Below, piece by piece: positions 16,099 through 24,814 of a stretch of 64,000 nt of DNA. Under the pieces are notes generated by a model that saw nothing but the letters and a program-made list of their open reading frames with translations, was not told where the DNA came from and searched no databases. The DNA is taken from assembly GCA_965116625.1 (NCBI GenBank), contig OZ220717.1, positions 2,262,441 through 2,326,440 of the forward strand. Direction: 5' to 3'. Within the stretch, counting starts at the first letter, position 1. Every line of letters starts with the position of its first letter. Made by a program: the position numbers and the translations under genes. This DNA comes from Pseudomonadales bacterium (GTDB lineage Bacteria; Pseudomonadota; Gammaproteobacteria; Pseudomonadales; Azotimanducaceae).

Positions 16099-17126
16099 AC
16101 GCCATCGGCCCGAGGGGCGTTCTTCGCCCGGGCTGGTCCGCAGCCGTCGACGACTACGCCATCGCCGGGGGCTGGACCCGCCGCGGTGAGGCGCTGGTGG
16201 TCGCTGACGCCGCGGGTGGCGTCCACATGTTCGACGGCAAGTCCGGCGCAAGGGCCTGGGCGCAGCAGGGCGCGCATGACGGCGGCGCACTGGCGATGGC
16301 GATGCACCCGAACGGAAACGCGTTCGCTACCGCCGGTCAGGACGGACGAGTCCTTGTCTGGGGTGTCGCCGAAGGTCGGGCAAGGCAGTCCATCCACGTC
16401 GGCACAGGTTGGGTGGAGAACGTGGCGTGGTCGCCGGACGGTGAATGGCTGGCGGCCTCCTGCTCTCGGCGGGTTTGCGCCTTCGGTGCGGACGGTGGAG
16501 AAGCCTGGCGCTCTGATGACCACCCCAGCACCGTCAGCGCGATTGCCTGGTCCGGCGCGAAGGAACTGGCAACGGCCTGCTACGGTCGAGTGACGTTTTT
16601 CGACGCGTCCACCGGGCAACTTCACCAAGAGCTCGCGTGGAAGGGTTCCCTGGTGTCGATGGTACTGAGCCCGGACGGGGATATCGTGGCGTGCGGCAGC
16701 CAGGACAACTCCGTGCACTTCTGGCGTCGCTCCACGGAGCAGGACTCCATGATGTCCGGATATCCCGGAAAACCGGCGGCCCTGGCCTTCGATGACGCGG
16801 GCACCCTCCTTGCCACTGGCGGAGGCGACAGGGTGACGGTCTGGAGCTTCCAGGGAGGTGGTCCCGAAGGCACGCGGCCTGGTGTCCTGGAGCTTCATAT
16901 TGAACCGGTTACGACGCTTGCCTTCGCTCGGCGCGCGTTGCGTCTGGCCTCGGGAGGCCGCGACGGTGCCGTGGTTGTGTGGTCGCTTCGCAGAAACGGC
17001 GAAGGCGGTCCGGTCGGGGCCGCAGTTGTGGCGGGCGTAGTGGCCGAACTGTACTGGCGGCCAGACGGGCGCGCACTGGCCGCGCTCGACGCCCAGGGTG
17101 GTGTGACGGTTTGGCGGATAGGATGA
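16086..17126 (+). CDS. WD40 / beta-propeller repeat protein
   Basis: Repeated units TAGQDGRVLVWG, GSQDNSVHFWR, TGGGDRVTVWS, SGGRDGAVVVWS. Overlaps the COG0523 gene by 13 nt. Confidence 0.8.
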   Translation: MPDLNAIGPRGVLRPGWSAAVDDYAIAGGWTRRGEALVVADAAGGVHMFDGKSGARAWAQQGAHDGGALAMAMHPNGNAFATAGQDGRVLVWGVAEGRARQSIHVGTGWVENVAWSPDGEWLAASCSRRVCAFGADGGEAWRSDDHPSTVSAIAWSGAKELATACYGRVTFFDASTGQLHQELAWKGSLVSMVLSPDGDIVACGSQDNSVHFWRRSTEQDSMMSGYPGKPAALAFDDAGTLLATGGGDRVTVWSFQGGGPEGTRPGVLELHIEPVTTLAFARRALRLASGGRDGAVVVWSLRRNGEGGPVGAAVVAGVVAELYWRPDGRALAALDAQGGVTVWRIG

Positions 17127-17391
17127 ACAAGGGGCCCTCGGGACTACAGTGTCACGCCGATCATCGAAGTGTCGAGCGTCCGCCTTACGGTTGGCGAAAG
17201 AGTTGTACTGACGAAGCGTTTGACGGAGTTTCCCGATCTAACCACCAGTGCATCGCAGGATTCCTGGACCTGGGATTAAGCGGCAGTTTTCCGGAAGGAT
17301 GGTTGATAATCGACGGTTGGGGTAGCGGCGCGCCGCAAGCTCACAGGGACTGTTATCGTCGTCGATTCGTTTTTTGAAACGGAGGTTGTTC

Positions 17392-18099
17392 GTGAACACT
17401 ACTCGCCGCAGCATGATCTCCATGTCCGGCAAGGCGCTTCTTGCTCTAGGGGCTATTGGCCCTGTCACCCGTGCAGTTTCGGCAGGAGAATCAGGGTCTG
17501 TAGGCTGGGAGCGCTTTCTCGAGTTGTGCCATGAACTGTCGGAATCGCAGTTCGCCGAAAACTGGGACCAGGACAGGTACACGGCAGGTGTCGAGGACCT
17601 GATCCGCCGATTACGATTGGATGATCGCAGGATTGGCGAATACATAGCTCGCTACCGGAACTTGAACGCCTCGTTTCCGGAGATTCGGACCATGCACTAC
17701 GAAGACCAGTTCATGGTTTCCATGCTGGAATTCGAACCGGGCGAGGAGATCCCCTTGCACGATCATCCAGGCATGACGGGTGTGATCTGCTGCACGACCG
17801 GAAATACAGCGGTGGATCACTACGACCGATTGCAGGAGACTGCGGAGCACGATAACCCGCTGTTGAAATTCAGGTATCACTACGACATGACGGCAGGCGA
17901 TATCGCGATACTCACCGCCACAAAGGGCAACATCCACTGCCTCAAGGCGCGGGAGTTCACGCGAATGATCGACGTGTTCACGCCTCCCTACAACCAGGAT
18001 CGGATCAAGCGAGCCAGGTACTACGCGCTTGATCTTCCTGCGTATTCGGGACGTGATGGGACGTTTGAAGCCGTGGAGTCGAGATTCCCACCCTCTTAG
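17392..18099 (+). CDS. Cupin-fold protein resembling cysteamine/cysteine dioxygenases (PCO_ADO-like), with a Tat-type signal
   Basis: GGAGG lies 5 nt before GTG 17392. Twin-arginine TRRSMISMSGKALLALGA. Cupin motif EIPLHDHPGMTGVICC. The track start at 17374 is TTG. Confidence 0.5.
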   Translation: MNTTRRSMISMSGKALLALGAIGPVTRAVSAGESGSVGWERFLELCHELSESQFAENWDQDRYTAGVEDLIRRLRLDDRRIGEYIARYRNLNASFPEIRTMHYEDQFMVSMLEFEPGEEIPLHDHPGMTGVICCTTGNTAVDHYDRLQETAEHDNPLLKFRYHYDMTAGDIAILTATKGNIHCLKAREFTRMIDVFTPPYNQDRIKRARYYALDLPAYSGRDGTFEAVESRFPPS

Positions 18100-18156
18100 T
18101 GTTCCGGCAAGGGTGGGTGTGGTCGCAGAGGGACGAGGCCGTCCGCGCGTTGCGAC

Positions 18157-19005
18157 CTACTCCAGCCAGTCGTTGAACTTCGGCGCGCGCTTCTCGTGAA
18201 ACGCCCTGACACCTTCGCGGGTATCGGGGTGGTGGTCGGAGATCCCGGTCTTGGCCGCGATCTCGTCCAGGCTCTGCTCCCAGCTCATTTCCGCGGCGTT
18301 GTAGACCGAGCGCTTCAGGAGCCGCATGGATACCTGCGGTCCGTTGGCGAGTTCCGTGGCGAGGTCCATCGTCGCTGTCTCGAGATCGTCGGGCTCCACC
18401 ACCTCGTTCACCAGGCCAAGTTCCAGCGCTTCGTCCGCCTCCACGATCTTCTTTTTCATCAGGAATTCGATCGTCTTCGCGACGCCGAGCAGTTGGACCA
18501 GCAGGTATTGCCCGCCCTCGTCCGGCAGCAGCCCGAAGCGCAATGTCGCGCTGCCCATACGCGCGCCCCGTGCCGCGATGCGGAAATCGCAGGCGAGCGC
18601 CAAAGAGAACCCGGTCTGGATCGCGACTCCGTTTATGGCGGCAATAGTCAGCTTGTCGAGCGACCGCACGGCCGTGTTGACGCGCTGGGAGATGGTGCGC
18701 AGGCCGTTGTAGGTGCCGATGCCGCTGTCGTGGCCGTGGTCGATCTCGGGCACCAGCGGGGAGCCCGGAATCTGGGCGTTGCGGTAGCCCTTCAGGTCGT
18801 CGCCGGCGCAGAACGCCCGGCCCGAGCCGGTGAACACCAGGACGCGCACGGCGTTGTCCATCTGCGCCTGGGTGACGGCTTCCACCAGGTCGCGCTTGAT
18901 CTTCGCGGTCATGCCGTTCAGGCGTTCCGGTGTGGAAAACTGGAACCAGGCAATGCCGGAGTCGCGCATCGTGACGTTGAAACCCCTGAATTCGCCGGTG
19001 TCCAT
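18157..19005 (-). CDS. Enoyl-CoA hydratase/isomerase (crotonase) family protein
   Basis: VLVFTGSGRAFCAGDDLKG, and later GLLPDEGG. ATG at 19005 (MDTGEF). Confidence 0.85.
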   Translation of the reverse strand: MDTGEFRGFNVTMRDSGIAWFQFSTPERLNGMTAKIKRDLVEAVTQAQMDNAVRVLVFTGSGRAFCAGDDLKGYRNAQIPGSPLVPEIDHGHDSGIGTYNGLRTISQRVNTAVRSLDKLTIAAINGVAIQTGFSLALACDFRIAARGARMGSATLRFGLLPDEGGQYLLVQLLGVAKTIEFLMKKKIVEADEALELGLVNEVVEPDDLETATMDLATELANGPQVSMRLLKRSVYNAAEMSWEQSLDEIAAKTGISDHHPDTREGVRAFHEKRAPKFNDWLE

Positions 19006-19245
19006 CAAACGGCCTCCTCGTTGTTGTCTCTCATTCCGGAATCCGCCGCCCGGTCGGCAGACCATTCACGGCGGGGCGTCATTTGAACATGAAAGGGGTT
19101 CCCGGATCGCCCTGATCTGCCGGCCTCGGCCGGACTGATTCCGGGGAAAGACAGTTGCGGAAGACGGCGCAGACGTGCGACGGGCTTCGCCTGTGCCCGC
19201 AATCAAGGCAGAATTGCCCTTTCATCCAACAAGAGAGGACAACCG

Positions 19246-20298
19246 GTGAGAGTAGTGTTACAGGGCGGGGATCGCGCGCGACAGAGAGATCTCTACGAAG
19301 CTGCGGGGATCGATGTCGAGATAGGCCGCTGCCGGACCGAGGACGAGATGATCGAGATGATCGGCGATGCGGACGGTGCCCAGGTGGGCATCCTGCCGCC
19401 CACCACCCGGCGGGTCATGGAGTCCTGCCCGAACCTCAAGGCGGTCAGCCGTTTCGGCGTCGGCGTGGATTCCATCGACCTCGAAGCGGCGACGCAACTC
19501 GGGGTGATGGTGTGCAACGTGCCGGGTTCGAACACCACGGAAGTCGCCGATCATGCGATGTCGCTGCTGCTGTTGCTGACCCGGCGCCTGTACGATGCCA
19601 TCACGAGCACGCGCGCCGGCGCCTGGGCGGACGATCCGGGCTCGCGGGGTACATTCACCACGTCTATGCGCCGGTTGACCGGCCATACCGTCGGCATCGT
19701 GGGCTTCGGCAACATCGGCCGCGCGTTTGCAAGTCGTGCACGGGGATTCGGCGTCAGCCGCATTCTTGCCCATGATCCGTACGTCAGCCAGCTTGCCGGC
19801 GACCTGTACGGCGTCCAGCTCGTGGACTTCGAGACGCTGACCGCCGAGGCGGACTACATCACCATCCACAGCGCGGCAACGGCCGAGTCCAAGTACCTGT
19901 TCGATGCCGAAACCTTCAAGCGGATGAAATCCACCGCGTTGCTGGTCAATACCGCGCGCGGACCCATCGTCAGTGAGGAAGCGCTTGCCGATGCCCTTGA
20001 GGCCGGCGAGATCGAAGCCGCCGCGCTAGACGTCACGGAAATCGAACCGTTGCCTTCGGACAGCCGGCTCCTGCGTCTGCCGAATTGCTATGTGACGCCG
20101 CACGTCGCCGCCATGTCTGCCGTGTTCATCGCGGAAACGTCCGTCATGCAGGCGGAGAACATCATCTTCGTCCTGACCGGCAGGAAGCCACACGGCCTGG
20201 CGAATCCCGAAGTGATCAAGACCATCGCGGTCATGCGGCATACGGACCCGGGCCGCTGGGCCGGCGTGCCGGATTTGTCCACCGCGCTGCAGGTCTGA
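19246..20298 (+). CDS. D-isomer-specific 2-hydroxyacid dehydrogenase (CtBP/PGDH-like)
   Basis: NAD motif GIVGFGNIGRAFA; LVNTARGPIV; catalytic TPHVAA. Confidence 0.85.
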   Translation: MRVVLQGGDRARQRDLYEAAGIDVEIGRCRTEDEMIEMIGDADGAQVGILPPTTRRVMESCPNLKAVSRFGVGVDSIDLEAATQLGVMVCNVPGSNTTEVADHAMSLLLLLTRRLYDAITSTRAGAWADDPGSRGTFTTSMRRLTGHTVGIVGFGNIGRAFASRARGFGVSRILAHDPYVSQLAGDLYGVQLVDFETLTAEADYITIHSAATAESKYLFDAETFKRMKSTALLVNTARGPIVSEEALADALEAGEIEAAALDVTEIEPLPSDSRLLRLPNCYVTPHVAAMSAVFIAETSVMQAENIIFVLTGRKPHGLANPEVIKTIAVMRHTDPGRWAGVPDLSTALQV

Positions 20299-20353
20299 GC
20301 AAGTGGCGGTCGCGGGCCGTTTCGCAACATGTGTGTTGCGGCTGCGGCATGCG

Positions 20354-22000
20354 TTACGACGGGGCGTGGCCCTCCAGTAGCCTGGCCGCTTCATCCTGGC
20401 CCCTTCGCGTGGCCCAGGCCAACGGGCTCGCCCAGGTTGGCAGGTCAGGTGGCGTCGGATCGAACCCGTTCGCCAGCCCAAAGCGGATGAACTCGACCTG
20501 TCCGCGCCGCGCCGCCCAGCCAAGCGGCGTGGTGCGGTACTCCTCGTCGATGGCGTTGGGGTCGGCGCCGTACCCGAGGAACAGCCTGGCCGTATCGATG
20601 TCGCCCTTTTCCGCCATGTAGTGCAGCGGCCGCACCTGCTGCCAGTTGGGAAGGTTGGGGTCCATGCCGTGGTCGAGCAGCATCCTGGCGAGATCGCGTG
20701 ATCGCCACAGGTAAGTCTGGCAATAGGTGACCGAGGCGGGCAGGCGCAGGCCACGCGCCAGCATAAGGCGGACGAGCGACTCGTGGCCTGCCGACACCGC
20801 CATCGTGAAACCTTCGGTAGCGCGCATGTCGTCAAAGATCTCGGGTTTCGCGTCGAGCAGCGCGGCGATCGTATCGATGTTGCCTTCATGGAAATGCATG
20901 GCGAGTGGCAGGCGTCCGCCGTGCTGGTAGAGCAGGGCTCGCATCTCGGCGTTGGGGGTGCTGGTAGGTGTGCCTGACGACTCGACGTCGGCATTGGGAT
21001 CGGCGCCGGCTTCGAGGAGCATCTTCGCGACTTCGAAGTATCCGTGATGGGCCGCCGCCCATAGTGCATAGCCCCTCGGGCAGTTCGGGCCGTCGTCGAG
21101 ATTGGGGTCTGCCCCGGCGTCGAGCAGGTGTCTCACGATGTTGACGTGGTTGCGCTCTGCGGCGGCCGAGAGCGGACGCTTGCCACCGGTTTCCTGGTCG
21201 TTGGCGAGGTCGGAATCCGATGCCAGCAACTCCCGCACGCGTTCCTCGTCGCCCAGTGCGGCGGCGACGGTGATCGAATAGCGTGCACCCCGCCCGAGCA
21301 ACTGCCGGCAAATCGCGTAGTCGTTGCGCTGCTGCCAGTAGGGGTGGTGCCACAGCGCCAGGACCACCGGCCGGAATCCGGTTCCACCGAGACGGTCGTC
21401 GCTGCTGAATCCTGACGCGTCCACGTCCGCGCCCCGGTCGATGAGGAGGTTGACGAGGTCAGCCCGGCCCGCTTCGACCGCATAGTGCAGGGGCCTTCGA
21501 CCAAGGTGATCACCGAGATTCGCAAGGCCCGGATCCTTCGCGAGAAGTGTCTCGACCGCTTCGGCGTCGCCTGCTGCAGCCGCGTCGTGAATGGCGTGGC
21601 GGATTCCGGAGGAGGAGGCCCGAAGTTTCAACTCGTCGCGGAGCAGGTTGGCTACTTCGTCGTGGCCGCGATCGAGCGCCATACGCAGCAGCGGTTCCTG
21701 CGCGTACAACGACCGGTGAAACACGTCCGCGCCAGCGTCCAGCAACCGGCGCGCGGCGTCCACGTGGCCTTCGCGCACGGCGAAGTGCAGGGGAGGCGTG
21801 TACCAGAACTCCGCCCTGACCAGCGTCGGGTCCTTTTGGAGCATCCCGCGCAGCCTCGCGGTGTCCCCGTCCCGCGCGGCGTTCAGTACCTGCCAGATGG
21901 TTTCACCCAGCCAACTGCCGGTCCAGTCCTTCTCGTCGGGGGCAAGCTCGAAGGGTCGTATGAGTCCGGGTCGGGGCATGTCGTCAGGGGTTAAGCGCAT
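20354..22000 (-). CDS. Ankyrin-repeat protein (more than 10 repeats)
   Basis: Repeated TPLHFAVREGHVDAARRLLDAGADV-type units along the whole length. First ATG at 22000; the ORF opens with TTG at 22009. Confidence 0.85.
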   Translation of the reverse strand: MRLTPDDMPRPGLIRPFELAPDEKDWTGSWLGETIWQVLNAARDGDTARLRGMLQKDPTLVRAEFWYTPPLHFAVREGHVDAARRLLDAGADVFHRSLYAQEPLLRMALDRGHDEVANLLRDELKLRASSSGIRHAIHDAAAAGDAEAVETLLAKDPGLANLGDHLGRRPLHYAVEAGRADLVNLLIDRGADVDASGFSSDDRLGGTGFRPVVLALWHHPYWQQRNDYAICRQLLGRGARYSITVAAALGDEERVRELLASDSDLANDQETGGKRPLSAAAERNHVNIVRHLLDAGADPNLDDGPNCPRGYALWAAAHHGYFEVAKMLLEAGADPNADVESSGTPTSTPNAEMRALLYQHGGRLPLAMHFHEGNIDTIAALLDAKPEIFDDMRATEGFTMAVSAGHESLVRLMLARGLRLPASVTYCQTYLWRSRDLARMLLDHGMDPNLPNWQQVRPLHYMAEKGDIDTARLFLGYGADPNAIDEEYRTTPLGWAARRGQVEFIRFGLANGFDPTPPDLPTWASPLAWATRRGQDEAARLLEGHAPS

Positions 22001-22052
22001 CGATGGCAAGGAGGTCCGGGGCCCTGATATGCGCCGGGCCGAATCTGGCTTC

Positions 22053-22058
22053 TATAAT
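22053..22058 (+). promoter_or_regulatory. TATAAT -10 hexamer 7 nt upstream of ATG 22065 (leaderless-type geometry)
   Basis: tcTATAATgaacgaATG read directly. No Shine-Dalgarno sequence fits in the gap. Confidence 0.3.
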
Positions 22059-22064
22059 GAACGA

Positions 22065-22232
22065 ATGACCGATAGCAACTCGAAGACTCCGCTCCCATCG
22101 TTTTCACGATCGGGAGTCGACCTGACAATGCTTCGATGGATGGCTTCGAAAACGCCCGAAGAGCGACTTCGGATCCTCCAGGGCAACGTGAACGTCATTT
22201 TCCGCGCCCGCAATGCCCGAAACCGCGACTGA
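22065..22232 (+). CDS. Small hypothetical protein (55 aa), possible partner of the downstream nucleotidyltransferase
   Basis: MTDSNSKTPLPSFSRSGVDLTMLRWMASKTPEERLRILQGNVNVIFRARNARNRD. Overlaps the next ATG (22213) by 20 nt. Confidence 0.4.
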   Translation: MTDSNSKTPLPSFSRSGVDLTMLRWMASKTPEERLRILQGNVNVIFRARNARNRD

Positions 22233-22791
22233 CTTTTCGGCCATCCTGGCGGTGCTTGCGCGCCACAGGGTGGAGTTCATCGTCGTCGGTGGCGTCTGCG
22301 CGGTGTTGCTCGGAGCCCTCAGCCGGGGGAGCTTCCCCGACTGCTAACGCGTAAGGAAGTGCCGGCGTTTCCCCCCTCGCCGGAGGCGTACTTCCATGGA
22401 AGCCCCGGTCGGAACGTTCGATGTCGACATCGTTCACTCCAGGTCGGAACGGAACCTGGACCGGCTTTTGCGAGCGCTGCAGGAACTGGATGCTCAATAT
22501 CGTGAGCACCTTCCCCGACGCATCAGGCCATCCAGGGAGGCGCTGGCGAGTTCAGGCCATCACCTGCTCGTCACGACATCTGGACCGTTGGACGTTCTCG
22601 GCTCGATTGGCAAGGACGATGACTATCCGGCGCTATTGCACAACTCGGAACGGGTAGAGATCGATAGGGATGTCAGCGTCAGAATCCTTGCCCTCGACAC
22701 GCTCATTGAGGTCAAGGAGAAAACCGCGCGCGCCAAAGACCGCTACATGCTCGAGATACTTCGGGCGATGAAGGAGGACTTGGCGGAATAG
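22213..22791 (+). pseudogene. Nucleotidyltransferase-fold (MNT/Pol-beta-like) gene interrupted by an in-frame 87-bp insertion carrying a TAA stop
   Basis: N-terminal part MPETATDFSAILAVLARHRVEFIVVGGVCAVLLGA (22213-22317) and C-terminal part PVGTFDVDIVHSRSERNLDRL... (22405-22791) are in the same frame. Together they rebuild a GG-x(n)-DxD motif. The 29 codons between them contain TAA at 22345-22347. Confidence 0.55.
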
Positions 22792-22806
22792 GGCCCGGTC
22801 GGCCTG

Positions 22807-24789
22807 CTACAGCCCCCCGGGCCCGCAGTCGTTCTCCAGGTAGTCGATCAGTGCTTCGTAGAACTCGATCTTGTGTTCGTAGAAGAGCGTGTTCGAGAAG
22901 TGGTCCGCGCCCTCGAGTTCTACGTACTTGTAGGACTTGCCGTGCTTGTCCAGTTCCTTCAGGTACTTGTTCGCGTGGTCCACCGGAACCCGCTGATCGA
23001 CGTCGCCATGGACGATCAGCATCGGCACGTTAACCTTCTCCACGTCTTCGATGGGTGACAGGCTCCTGAGCCATGTCCTCACGAACGCGAGGCCTTCGGC
23101 GCCATCGATGTTGTCGCGGAAGTAGTTGACCTGCATCATCCGGTCGGCGACTGCAGCCCCCGCGACGGTGCACTGGTAGATCTGCGGTGTGCGCGCCGCC
23201 GCAACCAGCGCCGCGTAGCCCCCGTAGGACCAGCCGAACATGGCCATCCGGTCAGGGTCAGCCAGCCCCTCCTTGACCAGGTACAGGGCGCCGTCGTCCT
23301 TGTCGTCCTGCATGGCGTAGCCGCCTTGGCCGCCTTCCTCGAAAGCGGCGGTGTAGAACTTCATGCCGTAGCCCTGGGAGCCCCGGTACTGCGGCTGCAG
23401 GACGAGGTAACCATTGTTGGCGAGCAGTTGCGCCCACTCGTCGAACAGGATGATCTCGTGCACGAACGGGCCGCCGTGGGGGAGGACGACGAGGGGGAAC
23501 GGTGGTTCGCCCTGCGGGACGGTCAGGAAGCCGGGAATGGTCAGGCCGTCGCGGGACTTGTATTCGATGCGCCTGACATCGGCGAGATCCTCCCCGCCCA
23601 GCAGGGGTTTCTGGCTGCCGACGGATTGGAACTTGCCGTCCTTCAGCAGGTAGTAGGTGCCGGGATCCCTCGGTCCCACGTTGTGCACGACCATCGTTGC
23701 GCCGTCCCGGGAGCGGCTCAGGATCCGCACGTAGTGCGCGTACGGAATGATGCTCTCCAACTGCGCGTGGATGGCCTTCTCGGTCTCGTCGAAGTACTCG
23801 ACGTGGAATCCGTCCTTGAAGTAGACGACCCCGGTGACCTGCCCCATATTGGTCCACCGGTTGCTGTGGTAGCGGACGCCGAAGACATCCACGTCGGAGC
23901 GTTGGTAGATCGGCTCCATGGCCTTGGTGTTGAGGTCGAGCGACCACAGCCCGTAGGTATCGTTGCCGTTCAGGGCTGTCACGAGGATGCTGTCGGGATT
24001 CATGTCGTCGACACCGTCGATCCCGAACGCCCCGAACTCGTCCTCGTGCTGGCGATGCACCTCCTCCCAGCCCGATGCGCCGGGCCGGCGCGTGTACCAG
24101 ACGTATGACTGGGCATTCCTGTCGAAGCCCTGTGTGAAGCGAGGGTTGCCTTCTGCGTCAAAAAAGATCCGCCCGGTCGTGGGCCTGCCGCGAATCCGCA
24201 GCGTTGTCTTCCCGGTCTTGAGGTCCATCAGGTGGTAGGACCGGGACCGGTACGCGTCCTTCGACCTTGCGCCCGGTCCCCGGGTGTCCGTCGGAAAGTA
24301 CTCGATGATGATCTTGTCCGGTTCGTCGGGAAGGACGTGGGCCACCTGGATGTTGCGGTTGCCCAATTCGTTCGTCTCCTTCTTGGCGACGTCCAGGATC
24401 GCGAACTTGAACTCGTATACACCCTGGTTGTAGCCCTCGATCCTGTCGCGGACCTTCTGGCGCAATATGAACACCAGCGACTCGTCGCTGACCCAGGAAA
24501 ACTGGACGATCTCCATGGGCGCCGCGTCGAGCCGGAACGGCTCCTTGGCGAGATCGGCCGCCTCGTACACCTCGATGACCGGGTTGGCACCGCGCGTCGG
24601 AATCCGCATCAGCCCGATGTAGGTGCCGTCCCTCGACAGCGCGACGTTGCTGATGGTGGCGCGCAGCGCCCAGTTTTCGAGCGGATACGGTTCCGGCGGC
24701 GCCTCGGAAGCACCGACCGCCAGGCTGCCGAGGCATAGCGCGACCGCGAGCGTGCTGCGCAGACCGACCGCGCACGTCCGTTCAATCAT
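22807..24789 (-). CDS. Secreted S9-family serine peptidase (prolyl oligopeptidase / dipeptidyl-peptidase type)
   Basis: Signal peptide; N-terminal beta-propeller region; nucleophile elbow GWSYGGYAAL; HGDVDQRVP near the C-terminus. Confidence 0.9.
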   Translation of the reverse strand: MIERTCAVGLRSTLAVALCLGSLAVGASEAPPEPYPLENWALRATISNVALSRDGTYIGLMRIPTRGANPVIEVYEAADLAKEPFRLDAAPMEIVQFSWVSDESLVFILRQKVRDRIEGYNQGVYEFKFAILDVAKKETNELGNRNIQVAHVLPDEPDKIIIEYFPTDTRGPGARSKDAYRSRSYHLMDLKTGKTTLRIRGRPTTGRIFFDAEGNPRFTQGFDRNAQSYVWYTRRPGASGWEEVHRQHEDEFGAFGIDGVDDMNPDSILVTALNGNDTYGLWSLDLNTKAMEPIYQRSDVDVFGVRYHSNRWTNMGQVTGVVYFKDGFHVEYFDETEKAIHAQLESIIPYAHYVRILSRSRDGATMVVHNVGPRDPGTYYLLKDGKFQSVGSQKPLLGGEDLADVRRIEYKSRDGLTIPGFLTVPQGEPPFPLVVLPHGGPFVHEIILFDEWAQLLANNGYLVLQPQYRGSQGYGMKFYTAAFEEGGQGGYAMQDDKDDGALYLVKEGLADPDRMAMFGWSYGGYAALVAAARTPQIYQCTVAGAAVADRMMQVNYFRDNIDGAEGLAFVRTWLRSLSPIEDVEKVNVPMLIVHGDVDQRVPVDHANKYLKELDKHGKSYKYVELEGADHFSNTLFYEHKIEFYEALIDYLENDCGPGGL

Positions 24790-24814
24790 CGTGTCCTCCG
24801 ACTACAGTGCCATC

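Noticed and set aside
14725-16290. 521-aa minus-strand ORF
   Set aside because: It is antisense to the COG0523 GTPase gene (P-loop and CICC motifs on the plus strand).
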